NCBI GenBank assembly: GCA_963796105.1
Contig: CAWCKJ010000013.1
Coordinates: 1-64,000, forward strand
DNA: 64,000 nucleotides
DNA from: a candidate division FCPU426 bacterium
GTDB lineage: Bacteria; Oederibacteriota; Muellerivitia; Muellerivitales; Muellerivitaceae
Reading direction: 5' to 3'
The translations under genes and the position numbers were made by a program. Below the pieces are notes generated by a model. It was not told the origin of the DNA. It was given only the letters and a program-made list of their open reading frames with translations, and searched no databases. Below are positions 30,179 to 41,875 of this stretch, piece by piece; within the stretch, counting starts at the first letter, position 1; each line of letters starts with the position of its first letter.

Positions 30179-33100
30179 ATGTTCACAAAAAATCTTAAAC
30201 AGCTCGACTTACCATATGTGCCTTCCAATAAGGACTTTGAGAAGTTAAGTCATTGGAGTGGAGTTATTTGTTTTTTAATATTCCTATTTTCATCTGCATG
30301 GTTGCCTCAAAATCTGATGGCTCAACCCCCTCAACTTACCGTCAGCGGAGTTTCAATCGTAAATGGCACTTGCCAGGCTGTCCTTAAAGGAGTGAATGTT
30401 AATAGCTTGGAGTTTAGCATGGGTGAAGGTCTCCCTAGCGGTGTTGGGGGACCCATCACAGCCTCGGTGGCCTATGCAATTACAGCCTGGAATTGTAACG
30501 TTGTTCGGATTCCCCTCAACCAGGACTATTGGTATTATTATCCTTGGAGTTATAGAAACACTGTGAATGATATTGTGGGTGTCTGTAGTTCTTACAATGC
30601 TTACTGCATTTTGGACCTCCATTGGTCTGGAAACGGGGTGTTGGGTTCTGCCACAACACAGCGGTCCATGCCAGATAATTATGCGGTTACCTTTTGGAAT
30701 AGTGTAGCTTCTGATCCGAGATTCAAGAACAATCCTACTGTAATTTTCGACCTTTTCAACGAACCGCAATATATATCTGCGTCAACATGGCAAAATGGTG
30801 GCACTTCTTCAGAGGGATTTGCTTGCCCAGGAATGAACACACTTATTTCCACGATCAGAAATGCTGGCGCAACAAAAAACCTTATTTTGGCGGAAGGTGT
30901 TACCTACGGTTATAGCCTTCTACCGTTGCTTGCAAGCAATAAATTAACTGATGCCAACAATAATCTTGCGTACTCCGCCCACATTTATAATAACGACGCA
31001 GGCAATAATACAGCTAACTTTGATACTAATGTGACAACTCCGGCTAAAACTGCGGGTGTACCTGTTTTCATTGGGGAGTTCGGGGCAACTTCAGGTGACG
31101 GGGCTGGCTATATTACGACTGTTACTAATTGGATGAACACCAATAATTTTGGAGGATGCGCTTGGACTTTTAACGCGGATTCGGGTGACAATTACGAATT
31201 GATTTCAGGCTGGGCAGCGAACCCCACCGCGACCGCATATGATGGAGTGCCCGTTACAACATGGCTTGGAAACGCCGCATGGACTTGCATTTCAGCTAAA
31301 CCTTCCAACCCAATTACCAATACTCCGACCCCGGTTCCAACCGCGGCCTCATGTTTCTTGGTGGACGACTTGGAAGATGGAAATCTTATTAACAACACTA
31401 ACGGAATGTGGTTTACGTATCATTGGTCAACAGTTAACGCTACCCAAGTCAACACCCCTGGCCCTATGGCAAGCGATTGGTGCGCATCCTCCCAAACACC
31501 TTCCTGCGCAACTATTCTCGATAATACGACTGCCGGTAGCGGTACTTATTCAGCTCATGTCAGTGGTTTTTACGTCATCGACGGAGGCACTACGAATGTC
31601 GGTGCGCCATTTAATGCCTCAGAAACAGTTTATGCCGGGTTTGGCCTTGCGACTGACTTGGCCCCTGGATATACAAACTTAAGTTGGGTTACCCAAGTAT
31701 CCTTTTATGTTAGGTCAACTATTGCTCCTGTTACCATTCGAATGAATTTTAACAATCCTTCGCTTGCTGCCGCTCCTTATTTATATATGGGTGGAACTTC
31801 GCAAGCTCAAACGGTTGGTGGAGGCGGCAACGACAACCAGTTCGGTTTTATGGTTACGATTGGAACTGCAAGTACCTGGCAGAAAATTGTCGTTCCTATT
31901 TCTGCGGCTGAATGTGGTGAGTGGGGATCAATATTACCTGTTATAGGTGGTGTCACTTATACGGCTGCTATGGCTTTAACCCAGGTTAATTCTCTTCGCT
32001 GGGAAACACAAAACGGTCCTGAAACATTTGGCTTTTGGATTGATGACGTATGCCTTTCTGGAACAAATCCACCGGCTACAGCTACGCCTAAAGCTGTTTC
32101 CACTTCAACATTTACCCCAACAAATACGTTAACCCGGACAAATACAGCTACAAATACACAGACACCGACTCAAACCCCAACCCGGACAAACACAGCGACA
32201 AGCACTCTGACACCCACCCAGACTCAAACGGCAACACCGACCCGGAGCAACACGCCGACGAACACAATGACGATGACATCGACGCCTACCCAGACGGCAA
32301 CCCCTACCAGAAGCAATACGCCTACTAACACTTCTACTGCCACGAATACCCTGACTCCGACGCAGACCCCGACTAGGACGAATACACCCACGAATACTCA
32401 GACGAATACGTCCACGAGCACCGCGACTCCCACACCGACTTTGACTCAGACCAGGACAAATACGGCAACAAATACTCAGACCAATACAGCCACGAATACG
32501 GTGACATCCACTCCGACCCCGACTAGGACAAACACGCCGACCAATACGATTACGGCTACCTCCACTAGTACTCAGACGAATACAGCCACGAATACGGCGA
32601 CATCTACGGCTACCCCGACCAGGACGAATACTGCAACCAATACACCCACAGCAACCTCAACGAATACCCCAACAAATACGGCGACATCCACGGCTACCCT
32701 AACCAGAACTAATACGTCGACCAATACAGTTACAGCTACCTCCACCAGTACACAGACGAATACAGCCACGAATACGATGACCTCCACCGCCACTCCGACC
32801 AGGACGAATACGGCAACCAGTACCGCTACTAATACTTTGACTAGTACGGCCACGAATACGGTGACCTCCACCGCCACCCCGACCAGGACGAATACGGCAA
32901 CCAATACAGCCACGGCTACCTCAACGAATACCTCTACCAATACAGCGACATCAACCCCAACAAGGACGAATACACCGACCAGCACGGCAACTCCGACAGT
33001 GACTCCAACTGCGACCAATACCAGCACTGGAACCACGCCGCCAACGAACACACCGACGATTACGCCGACACGTACATCAACGCCGACAGCGACGAATACG

Positions 33101-35932
33101 GCGACTTCGACCGCGACTCCGACAAGCACGTCAACCAGTACGCCTACAGCGACGCCGACGAGTACCTTGACCAGCACAAGGACAAATACGCCCACTAGCA
33201 CATCCACGCCGACAGTGACTCCAACTGCGACCAATACCAGTACTGGAACCACGTCGCCGACGAACACTCCGACGATTACACCGACGCGTACATCGACGCC
33301 AACTGTGACGAATACGTCGACCTCGACCTCGACCCCGACGAGTACGTCAACCAGCACGCCTACGGCGACGCCGACTCGTACGTCGACACCTACATCCACG
33401 AATACCTCGACCAATACAGTCACCAATACGGCGACACCCACATCAACGCTAACAAGGACAAATACGCCCACTAGCACGTCCACACCGACAGTGACTCCGA
33501 CCGCGACCAATACCAGTACTGGAACCACGTCGCCGACGAACACTCCGACGATTACACCGACGCGTACATCGACGCCGACAGCGACGAATACAGCGACCTC
33601 GACCGCGACCCCGACGAGTACGTCAACCAGCACGCCTACGGCGACGCCGACTCGTACGTCGACACCTACATCCACGAATACCTCGACCAATACAGTCACC
33701 AATACGGCGACACCCACATCAACGCTAACAAGGACAAATACGCCCACTAGCACGTCCACACCGACAGTGACTCCGACCGCGACCAATACCAGTACTGGAA
33801 CCACGTCGCCGACGAACACTCCGACGATTACACCGACGCGTACATCGACGCCGACAGCGACGAATACAGCGACTTCGACCGCGACCCCGACGAGTACGCC
33901 AACCAGCACGCCTACGGCGACGCCGACTCGTACGTCGACACCTACATCCTCGAACACGCCGACGAATACGTCCACCAACACACCGACGAGTACAGCTACA
34001 TCCACGTTGACGAGCACCTTGACCAGCACAAGGACAAATACGCCCACTAACACGGCAACTCCGACGGTGACTCTAACCGCGACCAATACCAGCACGGGAA
34101 CTCAGTCACCCACGAATTCACCGACGATCACGTCCACGGTCACAAATACGCCGACGCATACATCAACACCAACGGCGACTAATACGCCGACCCCGACGAG
34201 TACGTCCACTAGCACGCCCACGGCGACGCCGACACGCACGTCGACTTCAACCTCCACGAATACCTTGACGAACACGCCTACAGCGACGCCGACGGTTACC
34301 AATACTTTGACACATACTTCGACGCCTACGCCGACACCAACGGCTACAAACACGTCCACTAATACGCCTACAGCGACGGCGACGCATACGCCAACTTCTA
34401 CGTACACGTCAACGAATACCTCCACGAATACACCGACGGCAACAAACACCAATACCCCGACGGTGACGCCGACTGCGACTAATACCAGTACGGGGACTCA
34501 GTCGCCCACGAGCACACCGACAATAACATCCACAGTTACCAACACGCCGACTCGAACATCAACACCAACATCTACCAGCACGCCGACTCCAACCCCGACA
34601 GCAACTGCGACCAATACTTTGACTAGCACGAGAACGAATACGGCTACAAATACACCCACTAACACGTCAACAAATACTCCTACACCGACGAGCACGTTAA
34701 CCAACACGAGGACGAGTACGCCGACCAACACGTCCACGAATACTCCTACGCCGACGGATACGTTAACCAACACGAGGACGAATACACCTACTAACACGCA
34801 GACTCCGACGGTAACACCGACTGCGACTAATACTAGTACGGGGACTCAGTCGCCGACAAACACGCCGACGATAACACCTACTGTCACGAATACACTGACG
34901 CATACTTCGACACCAACGTCTACGGCAACCCCGACGGCGACGAGTACGTTTACAAATACTTTGACGCCGACAGCGACATCGACATTCACAAATACTCTGA
35001 CGAACACACTGACACCTACACCTACGGCTACAGCGACGTCTACTCCGACGAATACATTCACTGCGACCCCGACATTTACGTTTACGCCGACATCCACAAG
35101 AACGGGCACGCCCACAAACACATCTACAAATACGTTTACATGGACAAATACTCCGACCAACACGCCTACAGTTACGCTAACTCCGACGCCGACGGTGGTG
35201 ACTTTACAAGTTGCGCAGGGGTCACCAGCGCCTCCTAATACGAATCAAATACCAGGGGCATCCGGGGTAACTGTGCAACAGGCTCAAGTGACAAACCCGA
35301 GCAACAATCCTGCGACTATTACCACTCTCGTTTTGACAGATACAAGCACAGGGAATCCTTCAAGCGACATTACATTAGTGACGGTGTATGAGAATGGAAC
35401 AGCTGTTGGTACTGGGACGTTCAGTGGGACAACATCTACGGTCACTTTGACCAATCCTGTTGTGGTGAATGGCGGCGGAACGGTTACATTCGAGGAAACA
35501 GTGACGATTTCAACCACGGCGTCCGGAACGGATCAATTTAGCTTAACGGGATTGACGGGAACAATTAACGGCCAGCCGACGACTTCGCAGGGTTTACCGG
35601 TTCAAGGGGCTCAGGTCACGGTTTTGGCGCCAACTGCAACTGCGGTGGTGTCAAATACGGCGGTAGTTGTGGCTCCGAATCCAGCGGATGGGACACAACC
35701 AGTGAGCGTGATTGTACCGATGACAATGTCAGCTTCGGATGTTAAGGTTCAAGTGTTCACTACAGCCTTCAGGAAAGTTCAGGAGAAAACCTATCCATCG
35801 CTTCCAGCGGATCGAAAAGTTGAGGTTAGGTTGGTGGACGATTGGAACAAGCCTCTTGCTAGCGGTATATACTATGTGGTGATACACACTTCCAAGGGTC
35901 GTTCTGTTGGTAAATTACTACTCTTGAGATAA
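30179..35932 (+). CDS. Secreted GH5 glycoside hydrolase (cellulase-like) + CBM11/CIA30-like module + Thr/Pro stalk + Ig-like domain + T9SS-like C-terminal domain
   Basis: VVRIPLN, ILDLHW, FDLFNEP (acid/base), [14 protein letters not shown] (nucleophile); C-terminal ~1250 aa shared with the GH8 protein. Confidence 0.9.
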   Translation: MFTKNLKQLDLPYVPSNKDFEKLSHWSGVICFLIFLFSSAWLPQNLMAQPPQLTVSGVSIVNGTCQAVLKGVNVNSLEFSMGEGLPSGVGGPITASVAYAITAWNCNVVRIPLNQDYWYYYPWSYRNTVNDIVGVCSSYNAYCILDLHWSGNGVLGSATTQRSMPDNYAVTFWNSVASDPRFKNNPTVIFDLFNEPQYISASTWQNGGTSSEGFACPGMNTLISTIRNAGATKNLILAEGVTYGYSLLPLLASNKLTDANNNLAYSAHIYNNDAGNNTANFDTNVTTPAKTAGVPVFIGEFGATSGDGAGYITTVTNWMNTNNFGGCAWTFNADSGDNYELISGWAANPTATAYDGVPVTTWLGNAAWTCISAKPSNPITNTPTPVPTAASCFLVDDLEDGNLINNTNGMWFTYHWSTVNATQVNTPGPMASDWCASSQTPSCATILDNTTAGSGTYSAHVSGFYVIDGGTTNVGAPFNASETVYAGFGLATDLAPGYTNLSWVTQVSFYVRSTIAPVTIRMNFNNPSLAAAPYLYMGGTSQAQTVGGGGNDNQFGFMVTIGTASTWQKIVVPISAAECGEWGSILPVIGGVTYTAAMALTQVNSLRWETQNGPETFGFWIDDVCLSGTNPPATATPKAVSTSTFTPTNTLTRTNTATNTQTPTQTPTRTNTATSTLTPTQTQTATPTRSNTPTNTMTMTSTPTQTATPTRSNTPTNTSTATNTLTPTQTPTRTNTPTNTQTNTSTSTATPTPTLTQTRTNTATNTQTNTATNTVTSTPTPTRTNTPTNTITATSTSTQTNTATNTATSTATPTRTNTATNTPTATSTNTPTNTATSTATLTRTNTSTNTVTATSTSTQTNTATNTMTSTATPTRTNTATSTATNTLTSTATNTVTSTATPTRTNTATNTATATSTNTSTNTATSTPTRTNTPTSTATPTVTPTATNTSTGTTPPTNTPTITPTRTSTPTATNTATSTATPTSTSTSTPTATPTSTLTSTRTNTPTSTSTPTVTPTATNTSTGTTSPTNTPTITPTRTSTPTVTNTSTSTSTPTSTSTSTPTATPTRTSTPTSTNTSTNTVTNTATPTSTLTRTNTPTSTSTPTVTPTATNTSTGTTSPTNTPTITPTRTSTPTATNTATSTATPTSTSTSTPTATPTRTSTPTSTNTSTNTVTNTATPTSTLTRTNTPTSTSTPTVTPTATNTSTGTTSPTNTPTITPTRTSTPTATNTATSTATPTSTPTSTPTATPTRTSTPTSSNTPTNTSTNTPTSTATSTLTSTLTSTRTNTPTNTATPTVTLTATNTSTGTQSPTNSPTITSTVTNTPTHTSTPTATNTPTPTSTSTSTPTATPTRTSTSTSTNTLTNTPTATPTVTNTLTHTSTPTPTPTATNTSTNTPTATATHTPTSTYTSTNTSTNTPTATNTNTPTVTPTATNTSTGTQSPTSTPTITSTVTNTPTRTSTPTSTSTPTPTPTATATNTLTSTRTNTATNTPTNTSTNTPTPTSTLTNTRTSTPTNTSTNTPTPTDTLTNTRTNTPTNTQTPTVTPTATNTSTGTQSPTNTPTITPTVTNTLTHTSTPTSTATPTATSTFTNTLTPTATSTFTNTLTNTLTPTPTATATSTPTNTFTATPTFTFTPTSTRTGTPTNTSTNTFTWTNTPTNTPTVTLTPTPTVVTLQVAQGSPAPPNTNQIPGASGVTVQQAQVTNPSNNPATITTLVLTDTSTGNPSSDITLVTVYENGTAVGTGTFSGTTSTVTLTNPVVVNGGGTVTFEETVTISTTASGTDQFSLTGLTGTINGQPTTSQGLPVQGAQVTVLAPTATAVVSNTAVVVAPNPADGTQPVSVIVPMTMSASDVKVQVFTTAFRKVQEKTYPSLPADRKVEVRLVDDWNKPLASGIYYVVIHTSKGRSVGKLLLLR
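32184..35929 (+). repeat. Long direct repeat, copy 2
   Basis: Near-identical to 17457-21262, lacking one 60-bp unit. Confidence 0.95.
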
Positions 35933-36090
35933 ACTTAATAAGATTCTTTTCTCCCTTAGTGAATTTCTCTTAATTTCTAAAAGAAAATCCTAAAAGAACT
36001 ATGTATTATTTGACAAATTGTTTTCATTAGGAAGGTTTTAAAATTTTTTATATAAAACCAATTTAATTTGGTATTTTACAGCCTATTTTC

Positions 36091-36119
36091 TTGACAAAGC
36101 TAGTTATGATTTTTAGAAT
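36091..36119 (+). promoter_or_regulatory. Sigma70 promoter of the rpsP operon
   Basis: TTGACA-N17-TAGAAT. Confidence 0.7.
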
Positions 36120-36206
36120 CCTCATTCCTTTTCTTTAGGTAACATTGCAATTTGGAAATGTCATTAAACTGGAGTGTGGAATAATTTTTCCTTATTTGGA
36201 GGTATT

Positions 36207-36455
36207 GTGTCAGTCAAAATACGTTTAAAACGAATGGGCAGCAACAAGAAGCCATATTTCCGACTCATTGTAGTGGACAGCCGGTTTCCCGGAAAAGGAC
36301 GTCGAGTTCAGGATCTTGGGACCTATAATCCCCGCTCGGACGATAACAGCGTGTTAAACTTAAATAAAGAAGCCATCTTGGAATGGCTTAAAAATGGAGC
36401 TATTCCTTCCGAGACTGTTCTGGGAATTCTCAAAAAGGCTGGAGTGAAAATCTAA
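36207..36455 (+). CDS. rpsP: 30S ribosomal protein S16
   Basis: VKIRLKRMG..KKPYFRLIVVDSR...LGTYNP; GGAGG RBS before GTG. Confidence 0.97.
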   Translation: MSVKIRLKRMGSNKKPYFRLIVVDSRFPGKGRRVQDLGTYNPRSDDNSVLNLNKEAILEWLKNGAIPSETVLGILKKAGVKI

Positions 36456-36538
36456 TTTTAAATTAGATAATTTATTCTTTTAATTGAAAAATCAATTTTA
36501 AAAATTAAAGTGATAAAACCCATTAAAAGAAGGTTTGC

Positions 36539-36769
36539 ATGAAAGAGTTAATTGAATTTGTCGCAAAGTCATTGGTGGATAAACCGGAAAGTGTCGCCAT
36601 TCTTCAAAGAATGGAGGGCAATTTAACGGTGATGGAGCTTCGTGTTTCTAAAGATGACTATGGAAAGGTGATTGGAAAACAAGGGAGAACCATTAAAGCT
36701 CTTCGAACTCTCGTTTCCGCCTCTTGCGCAAAACACGGCTTAAAATATTCGTTAGAAGTCGTTGAATAA
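36539..36769 (+). CDS. khpA: KH-domain RNA-binding protein
   Basis: MKELIEFVAKSLVDKPE...GKVIGKQGRTIKALRT; between rpsP and rimM. Confidence 0.92.
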   Translation: MKELIEFVAKSLVDKPESVAILQRMEGNLTVMELRVSKDDYGKVIGKQGRTIKALRTLVSASCAKHGLKYSLEVVE

Positions 36770-37322
36770 TTCTACCAATGCAATTCCGAGCGACCACCCC
36801 GAGGAATTCATCGTTCTTGGAACCATAGTTCGCCCGCACGGCTTAAAAGGGGAACTGAAAGTATCTCTTGCGTGTTCAGGAATAAACCGTTTACTGGAAT
36901 GTAATTCCCTTCGATTGACGAAAAACGGAAAAGAATTAAAAAGGGTTTCTTTAATTAGAGCTTTTTTGCGTCCGGATGGAGATGCTGTGATTCGTTTAAA
37001 GGAAATAACCGGAGTAGATGAAGCCGAGCAATTACGAGGTTGTTGTTTATCCGTTCTTCTAAAGGATAGAGCTGAAGCTCCTGAAGGGCATTTTTTTATT
37101 GATGATTTATACGGGATGAAGGCTATAACATCAACGGGTATGGATCTTGGCATAGTTGCTGAAGTCTTGGATGGGAAAGCCAATGCTATTTGTATAGTTC
37201 GCCGGGGAAGTACTGAAAGATTAATCCCCTTTGTTAAGTCAACCATTAGAAAGGTGGATTTGAAAACTAAAACGATAATCGTGGATCTGCCGGAAGAGAT
37301 TGATGCGGAAACTGAATATTGA
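36762..37322 (+). CDS. rimM: 16S rRNA processing protein RimM
   Basis: LGTIVRPHGLKGELKV, LIPFV; synteny. Confidence 0.95.
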   Translation: MNNSTNAIPSDHPEEFIVLGTIVRPHGLKGELKVSLACSGINRLLECNSLRLTKNGKELKRVSLIRAFLRPDGDAVIRLKEITGVDEAEQLRGCCLSVLLKDRAEAPEGHFFIDDLYGMKAITSTGMDLGIVAEVLDGKANAICIVRRGSTERLIPFVKSTIRKVDLKTKTIIVDLPEEIDAETEY

Positions 37323-38103
37323 CATACTGACTTTATTTCCGGGGTATTTCCGAGGTCCTTTTACTGAAAGCATAGTTAAAAGAGCGCTTGAAAAGAAAAT
37401 TCTTGATGTCCGTGTCCATGACATCCGGGATTACACTAACGATAAACGCCGAACAGCTGATGATATTCCTTATGGCGGCGGAGCGGGAATGGTGATGAAA
37501 CCCGAACCTCTTTTGAAAGCGATTCGGATACTAAAAAAAAGGAAAAAAGGAGTAAAAGTTTTCTTAATGTCACCCCAAGGAAAGGTTTTTAATCACGCTT
37601 TGGCCATGAGCCTTTCTCGCGAGAAAAACCTTCTTTTTATTTGCGGCCATTATGAGGGAATAGATGAAAGGGCGATGAGATATATTGATGGGGAGATCAG
37701 TTTGGGAGATTTTGTTTTAACCGGGGGTGAACCTGCTGCTGCAGCAATGGTCGATTGTTTAATTAGGTTCCAACCAGGGGCTGTCGGTGACCGAAGATCG
37801 GTTGAAAAAGACAGTTTTTTTGATGGATTATTAGATTATCCACATTATACTCGTCCCCGCGTTTTTCAAGGGATGGAAGTGCCGGATATGCTTCTTTCGG
37901 GCAATCATGCGCTCATCAATAGTTGGAGAAAAAAAGAGTCAATCCGAAATACTTGGATTAAAAGGCCGGATCTTTTAGACCGGGTTAAATTGCTTGATGA
38001 AGAGAGAAAGTTGTTAATAGAGGTTCAATCGGAAGGGAAGACTCAAAAAAAAATACCGGAAGCTGATGAACGCATGAAAAGTGCAGGAGGAAGGAAAAAA
38101 TGA
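37303..38103 (+). CDS. trmD: tRNA (guanine-N1)-methyltransferase
   Basis: DDIPYGGGAGMVM, CGHYEGIDER, SLGDFVLTGGE. Confidence 0.98.
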   Translation: MRKLNIDILTLFPGYFRGPFTESIVKRALEKKILDVRVHDIRDYTNDKRRTADDIPYGGGAGMVMKPEPLLKAIRILKKRKKGVKVFLMSPQGKVFNHALAMSLSREKNLLFICGHYEGIDERAMRYIDGEISLGDFVLTGGEPAAAAMVDCLIRFQPGAVGDRRSVEKDSFFDGLLDYPHYTRPRVFQGMEVPDMLLSGNHALINSWRKKESIRNTWIKRPDLLDRVKLLDEERKLLIEVQSEGKTQKKIPEADERMKSAGGRKK

Positions 38104-38594
38104 ATTCAATTATTCAAAAATTCGAGAATACCCAAATTATTAGGAAATCAATCCCTTTTAAAGTTGGAGATAACGTAAAAGTTTCCCTGAGAATTAAAGA
38201 AGGTGAGAAGGAAAGAATACAGATCTACGAAGGCATTGTGATCGCAATCCAGGGTTCTGGAAGTAAAATGCGTTTCACCGTACGCAAATTGTCATATGGC
38301 GTGGGTGTTGAAAAAACATTTTTCTACCAATCGCCCATGATAAAAGATGTGAAATTAACTCGATCCGGAAAGGTAAGAAGGGCCAAGCTCTTTTTCCTTC
38401 GTAAAAAAACAAGCAAGAAGGACTCTCGCATTCAAGAAAGTAAAAAAACGCTGAAAATCCCCGGGGAAGAGACGCCAGCTGAGGTGTCCGCTGCCCCGGA
38501 AGAAAAGCTTCCGGCTCCGGATGTTGAAAGCCAAAAGAATGATCCGGAAATTAGGAAAAAAGATGAATCGAAGGAACAAACTGAAAAGAAATAA
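38100..38594 (+). CDS. rplS: 50S ribosomal protein L19 with acidic C-terminal extension
   Basis: FKVGDNVKV...KERIQIYEG, GKVRRAKL. Confidence 0.97.
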   Translation: MNSIIQKFENTQIIRKSIPFKVGDNVKVSLRIKEGEKERIQIYEGIVIAIQGSGSKMRFTVRKLSYGVGVEKTFFYQSPMIKDVKLTRSGKVRRAKLFFLRKKTSKKDSRIQESKKTLKIPGEETPAEVSAAPEEKLPAPDVESQKNDPEIRKKDESKEQTEKK

Positions 38595-38626
38595 TATTTT
38601 CTTCACCTGTTTATCCCTTAACCTAG

Positions 38627-38657
38627 AACCGCCGCATCTAATTGCGGCGGTTTTTTT
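38627..38657 (+). terminator. Rho-independent terminator
   Basis: AACCGCCGCA-tctaat-TGCGGCGGTT running into a T7 tract. Confidence 0.85.
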
Positions 38658-38708
38658 GTTGATCGCCCCTCTATTGCATGAGTCTCCAATCGAGGGTAGG
38701 ATACAACC

Positions 38709-40394
38709 ATGGAAAAAATAGTTTTGGTTTTATTGATATTAAGCTTCCCAATGGTGTTTCAAACGGGATGCACTGGCAGCGGGGCTGTCACTCCGCTTTC
38801 TCCTTCACGCGCCTCAACACCCGAAGCCTCCAGTTCCTCAGAATCAGATGTCATTTATTGGTCCAACTTTCCAGTAACTTTTGGAATAACAGATCCTCTG
38901 AATGACGTTTGTCTCACGGCTAAAAAATCCGGGTGGGCCTGCGGGAACAATGGACTTCTCCTGAAATACGATGGCGAGACTTGGGCCAAAGTGGACACCG
39001 GATACGCTAAAAACGAAAATCTAATGGCTTTGGCGTTCGCCACTGAAACTGAGGGATGGGCTGTCGGCACTCATGGGACGATCCTTTACTATAATAACGG
39101 GTCTTGGAGCCAGCAGGATTCTCAAAGCGAGGAAAGTCTTTACGATGTGGCCGTGACAAAGTCCAGGACCGTTTGGGTTGCGGGTGCCAACGGGACCTTG
39201 CTGCGATATAACGGTATTTCTTGGGGAAAGAATGCAGTGACACTAACAGGTGGCGTGACAGTAAAGGATGATATCTATGGTTTAGGCTTGACGGACCAGA
39301 ACAACGGCTGGGCGGTTGGAAATAGGGGACTGATCATCCACTATGACGGACAGAATTGGGTTCCCTATACAGGAGCCCCCCCTTCCACTGAGCGATTGAA
39401 TTCAGTCTCAGCTATCAGCGACGTCCAAGCGTGGATTGTCGGAGCATTCGGAACTATCCTCCAGTTTAACGGGACCTCTTGGAACAAGATGGGAAGCGCC
39501 TTTTCTGGTTTTGATCTTTACCGTGTCTTCATGCTTGATGACAGCAATGGTTGGGCTGTGGGCCAGGATGGAACCCTTATTTATTACGATGGGACGCGGT
39601 GGATATCCCATGTTAAACCCGAGGGAAAACCCGCGCTGAACGGAATTACTTTTTATAAAAATAATTTGGGTTTTATAGTAGGCCAAAACGGAACTATCTT
39701 GAAATTTTCACCCAACGGGGAACCCGCTAAATACTCCTTCCTTTTTAAGGGTGAAGCAAAAAAACCAAGTAAAACAAAAGCCTATTGGACCATCATCTAC
39801 TCCTTCATGAATCAGAGTCCCAAAACCTCACCGCCTGTCACCTTCGAAGTCTCCCTCCCCAGGGGTTTTGAACCATATGTTTCCAAGGAGACTCCCACAC
39901 CGGTCGCCTCTCCGCCGGCTTGGCTCACCGAGGCCACCGCCACCCCGACTCGAGCGACATCCACCCCAACACCTACGGTTTCAGTTGCTTCGACTCCTGG
40001 TTCTCCTACGCCTGTCCCGCCTCCTCCGGACAAAGTGGCTTCGACGGTGACTGGCACTTGGACGATCAAAGACAATGTCCTGGATTGGGAGATCGGTACC
40101 ATCCTCACTTCTGAGCTGAAAACACTCACGGTACCCCTGCAGCTGAAAAAAGGAGAAAAAAAGGAATATCCTGTGGTGCTCAGGGCGGTCTTGAAAACCA
40201 ACAATGATAAGGTTATTGCAGAGGCCGTTCCGGTGACCATGATGACAGAACCCCCCGGCGAACCAGAGAAACTTCCCGTGAAAATGGAGCCATCTTCCGG
40301 TACAACCCCAACCGTTTCCAACCCTCCTCCGAGTGTATCGATAACCCCGGTTCAAACCCCGAATGTCACTTCGACCCCCTCTCCGGGAACTTGA
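38709..40394 (+). CDS. Lipoprotein with YCF48/BNR-like beta-propeller and Pro/Thr-rich segments
   Basis: QTGC lipobox; repeated W(A/I)VG..G.I..Y(D/N)G..W blades. Confidence 0.75.
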   Translation: MEKIVLVLLILSFPMVFQTGCTGSGAVTPLSPSRASTPEASSSSESDVIYWSNFPVTFGITDPLNDVCLTAKKSGWACGNNGLLLKYDGETWAKVDTGYAKNENLMALAFATETEGWAVGTHGTILYYNNGSWSQQDSQSEESLYDVAVTKSRTVWVAGANGTLLRYNGISWGKNAVTLTGGVTVKDDIYGLGLTDQNNGWAVGNRGLIIHYDGQNWVPYTGAPPSTERLNSVSAISDVQAWIVGAFGTILQFNGTSWNKMGSAFSGFDLYRVFMLDDSNGWAVGQDGTLIYYDGTRWISHVKPEGKPALNGITFYKNNLGFIVGQNGTILKFSPNGEPAKYSFLFKGEAKKPSKTKAYWTIIYSFMNQSPKTSPPVTFEVSLPRGFEPYVSKETPTPVASPPAWLTEATATPTRATSTPTPTVSVASTPGSPTPVPPPPDKVASTVTGTWTIKDNVLDWEIGTILTSELKTLTVPLQLKKGEKKEYPVVLRAVLKTNNDKVIAEAVPVTMMTEPPGEPEKLPVKMEPSSGTTPTVSNPPPSVSITPVQTPNVTSTPSPGT

Positions 40395-41340
40395 GGCGAG
40401 GGCCCTTCAAGAGGGTTCCTCAAAAAAAACTCTTGAATTCCTATTGGGATCACTCAGAGGAGATACAAGACCGGGCATTCTCCAATTAATATCCAAATAC
40501 GAAAAAATCGTCCAAAGGGATTCTCGTGAAAAAAAACGATTGGATTCTTTGTGGATTTATGAAAAAAACGCCGTATCCGCTGGCCATGGACGAATTGCGG
40601 GTCTGGATGAGGCGGGCCGCGGCCCATTGGCGGGTCCGGTTGTAGCGGCGGCGGTCATTCTTCCTGCGGATTGTTTTCTTCCAGGGCTGAATGATTCTAA
40701 AAAAATCAGCGCTTCCATGCGCGAAAAGCTATACGCCCGGATTAAAGAAATTTCGATCGAGGTCGGAGTCGGCCAAGCGACTGTTGGTGAAATCGATCAA
40801 TTAAATATTTATCAGGCGGCGAGACTCGCCATGGAACGGGCCGTAGAGGGATTGATAATTACCCCAGATTATCTCTTGACCGACGCTATGCCTTTGCCCA
40901 AATTCGGAAATATCGCGCAAAAACCTATTATTCATGGTGACGCGAAATCCGCCAGCATCGCGGCGGCGTCTATTATTGCCAAGGTCACGAGGGACCGTTT
41001 GATGGGAGAAATTCATAAAAAATTCCCGCATTATGGTTTTTCCAATCACAAGGGTTACGGTACGAAGGAGCATCTGCGCGCACTGAAGACGCATGGTTTT
41101 TGTCCCGAACATCGATTGACCTTCGGGCCTGTTTCGGAACTCGTGGCCCAAAATGCCTCGGGCGGTCCTTTCGGCTATTGGAAGAATAAATTGAATCAAA
41201 CAAATAACCTGGACGAACTCAAACAAACCGGAGGTCAAATCAAGCGCTTGGCTCTCTCTCGTATTTCCAAGGGCGAATTGGAGGAATTACGGGAGATGTA
41301 CCGGGTGAAAAGAGAAAAATGGAAAAGCGAAAAAGTTTAA
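40363..41340 (+). CDS. rnhB: Ribonuclease HII
   Basis: AGLDEAGRGPLAGPVVAAA, LNDSKK, IAAASIIAKVTRD, HKGYGT. Confidence 0.97.
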   Translation: MSLRPPLRELEARALQEGSSKKTLEFLLGSLRGDTRPGILQLISKYEKIVQRDSREKKRLDSLWIYEKNAVSAGHGRIAGLDEAGRGPLAGPVVAAAVILPADCFLPGLNDSKKISASMREKLYARIKEISIEVGVGQATVGEIDQLNIYQAARLAMERAVEGLIITPDYLLTDAMPLPKFGNIAQKPIIHGDAKSASIAAASIIAKVTRDRLMGEIHKKFPHYGFSNHKGYGTKEHLRALKTHGFCPEHRLTFGPVSELVAQNASGGPFGYWKNKLNQTNNLDELKQTGGQIKRLALSRISKGELEELREMYRVKREKWKSEKV

Positions 41341-41720
41341 GCACCCATCAAAAAGGGAAAAGCGCCGAGGAATGGGCGGCTATTTTCCTGCGATTAAAGG
41401 GGTACAGGGTCCTACAGAATAATTTCCGGGTTCCCCAGGGTGAGATTGACCTGGTGGCCCAAAAAGGGAACAACCTCATTTTCGTTGAGGTCAAAAGCCG
41501 AAGAAGCGGAAAACAGGGTTCGGGACTTGAGGCAGTATCCCCTTTGAAGGTGAAGCGTTTATCGGCAGCTGCGGCGGCATATCTGGCCACACACTCTTGT
41601 GATGGGTTTTCCTGCCGATTCGACGTGATTACTTTGGGGCCGGACAAGAACTGGTTCAAATTCCCGAAAATTGCCCATTTGCAGAATGCTTTCCCCGCGG
41701 TTGGCAATTTTAATGTTTAG
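41319..41720 (+). CDS. yraN: YraN/UPF0102 family nuclease-like protein
   Basis: GEIDLVA...FVEVKSR, RFDVI; follows rnhB. Confidence 0.92.
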   Translation: MEKRKSLSTHQKGKSAEEWAAIFLRLKGYRVLQNNFRVPQGEIDLVAQKGNNLIFVEVKSRRSGKQGSGLEAVSPLKVKRLSAAAAAYLATHSCDGFSCRFDVITLGPDKNWFKFPKIAHLQNAFPAVGNFNV

Positions 41721-41875
41721 TGACATATACGGGATCAAATCACTGAACGGCACTGTTTCATGATGTCTCCCGACTATCCTTTTCGATTGATCCTATTTTT
41801 TTGTTATGCTGTTGTAAAATCTATAAAAACCATCGAAAGCTTTACTCCTAATATTTTTTTATATCGAGGCTGTTC

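Noticed and set aside
17457..35929. Diversity-generating retroelement template/variable repeat pair
   Set aside because: No reverse transcriptase, the repeat is far too long, and differences are not adenine-specific
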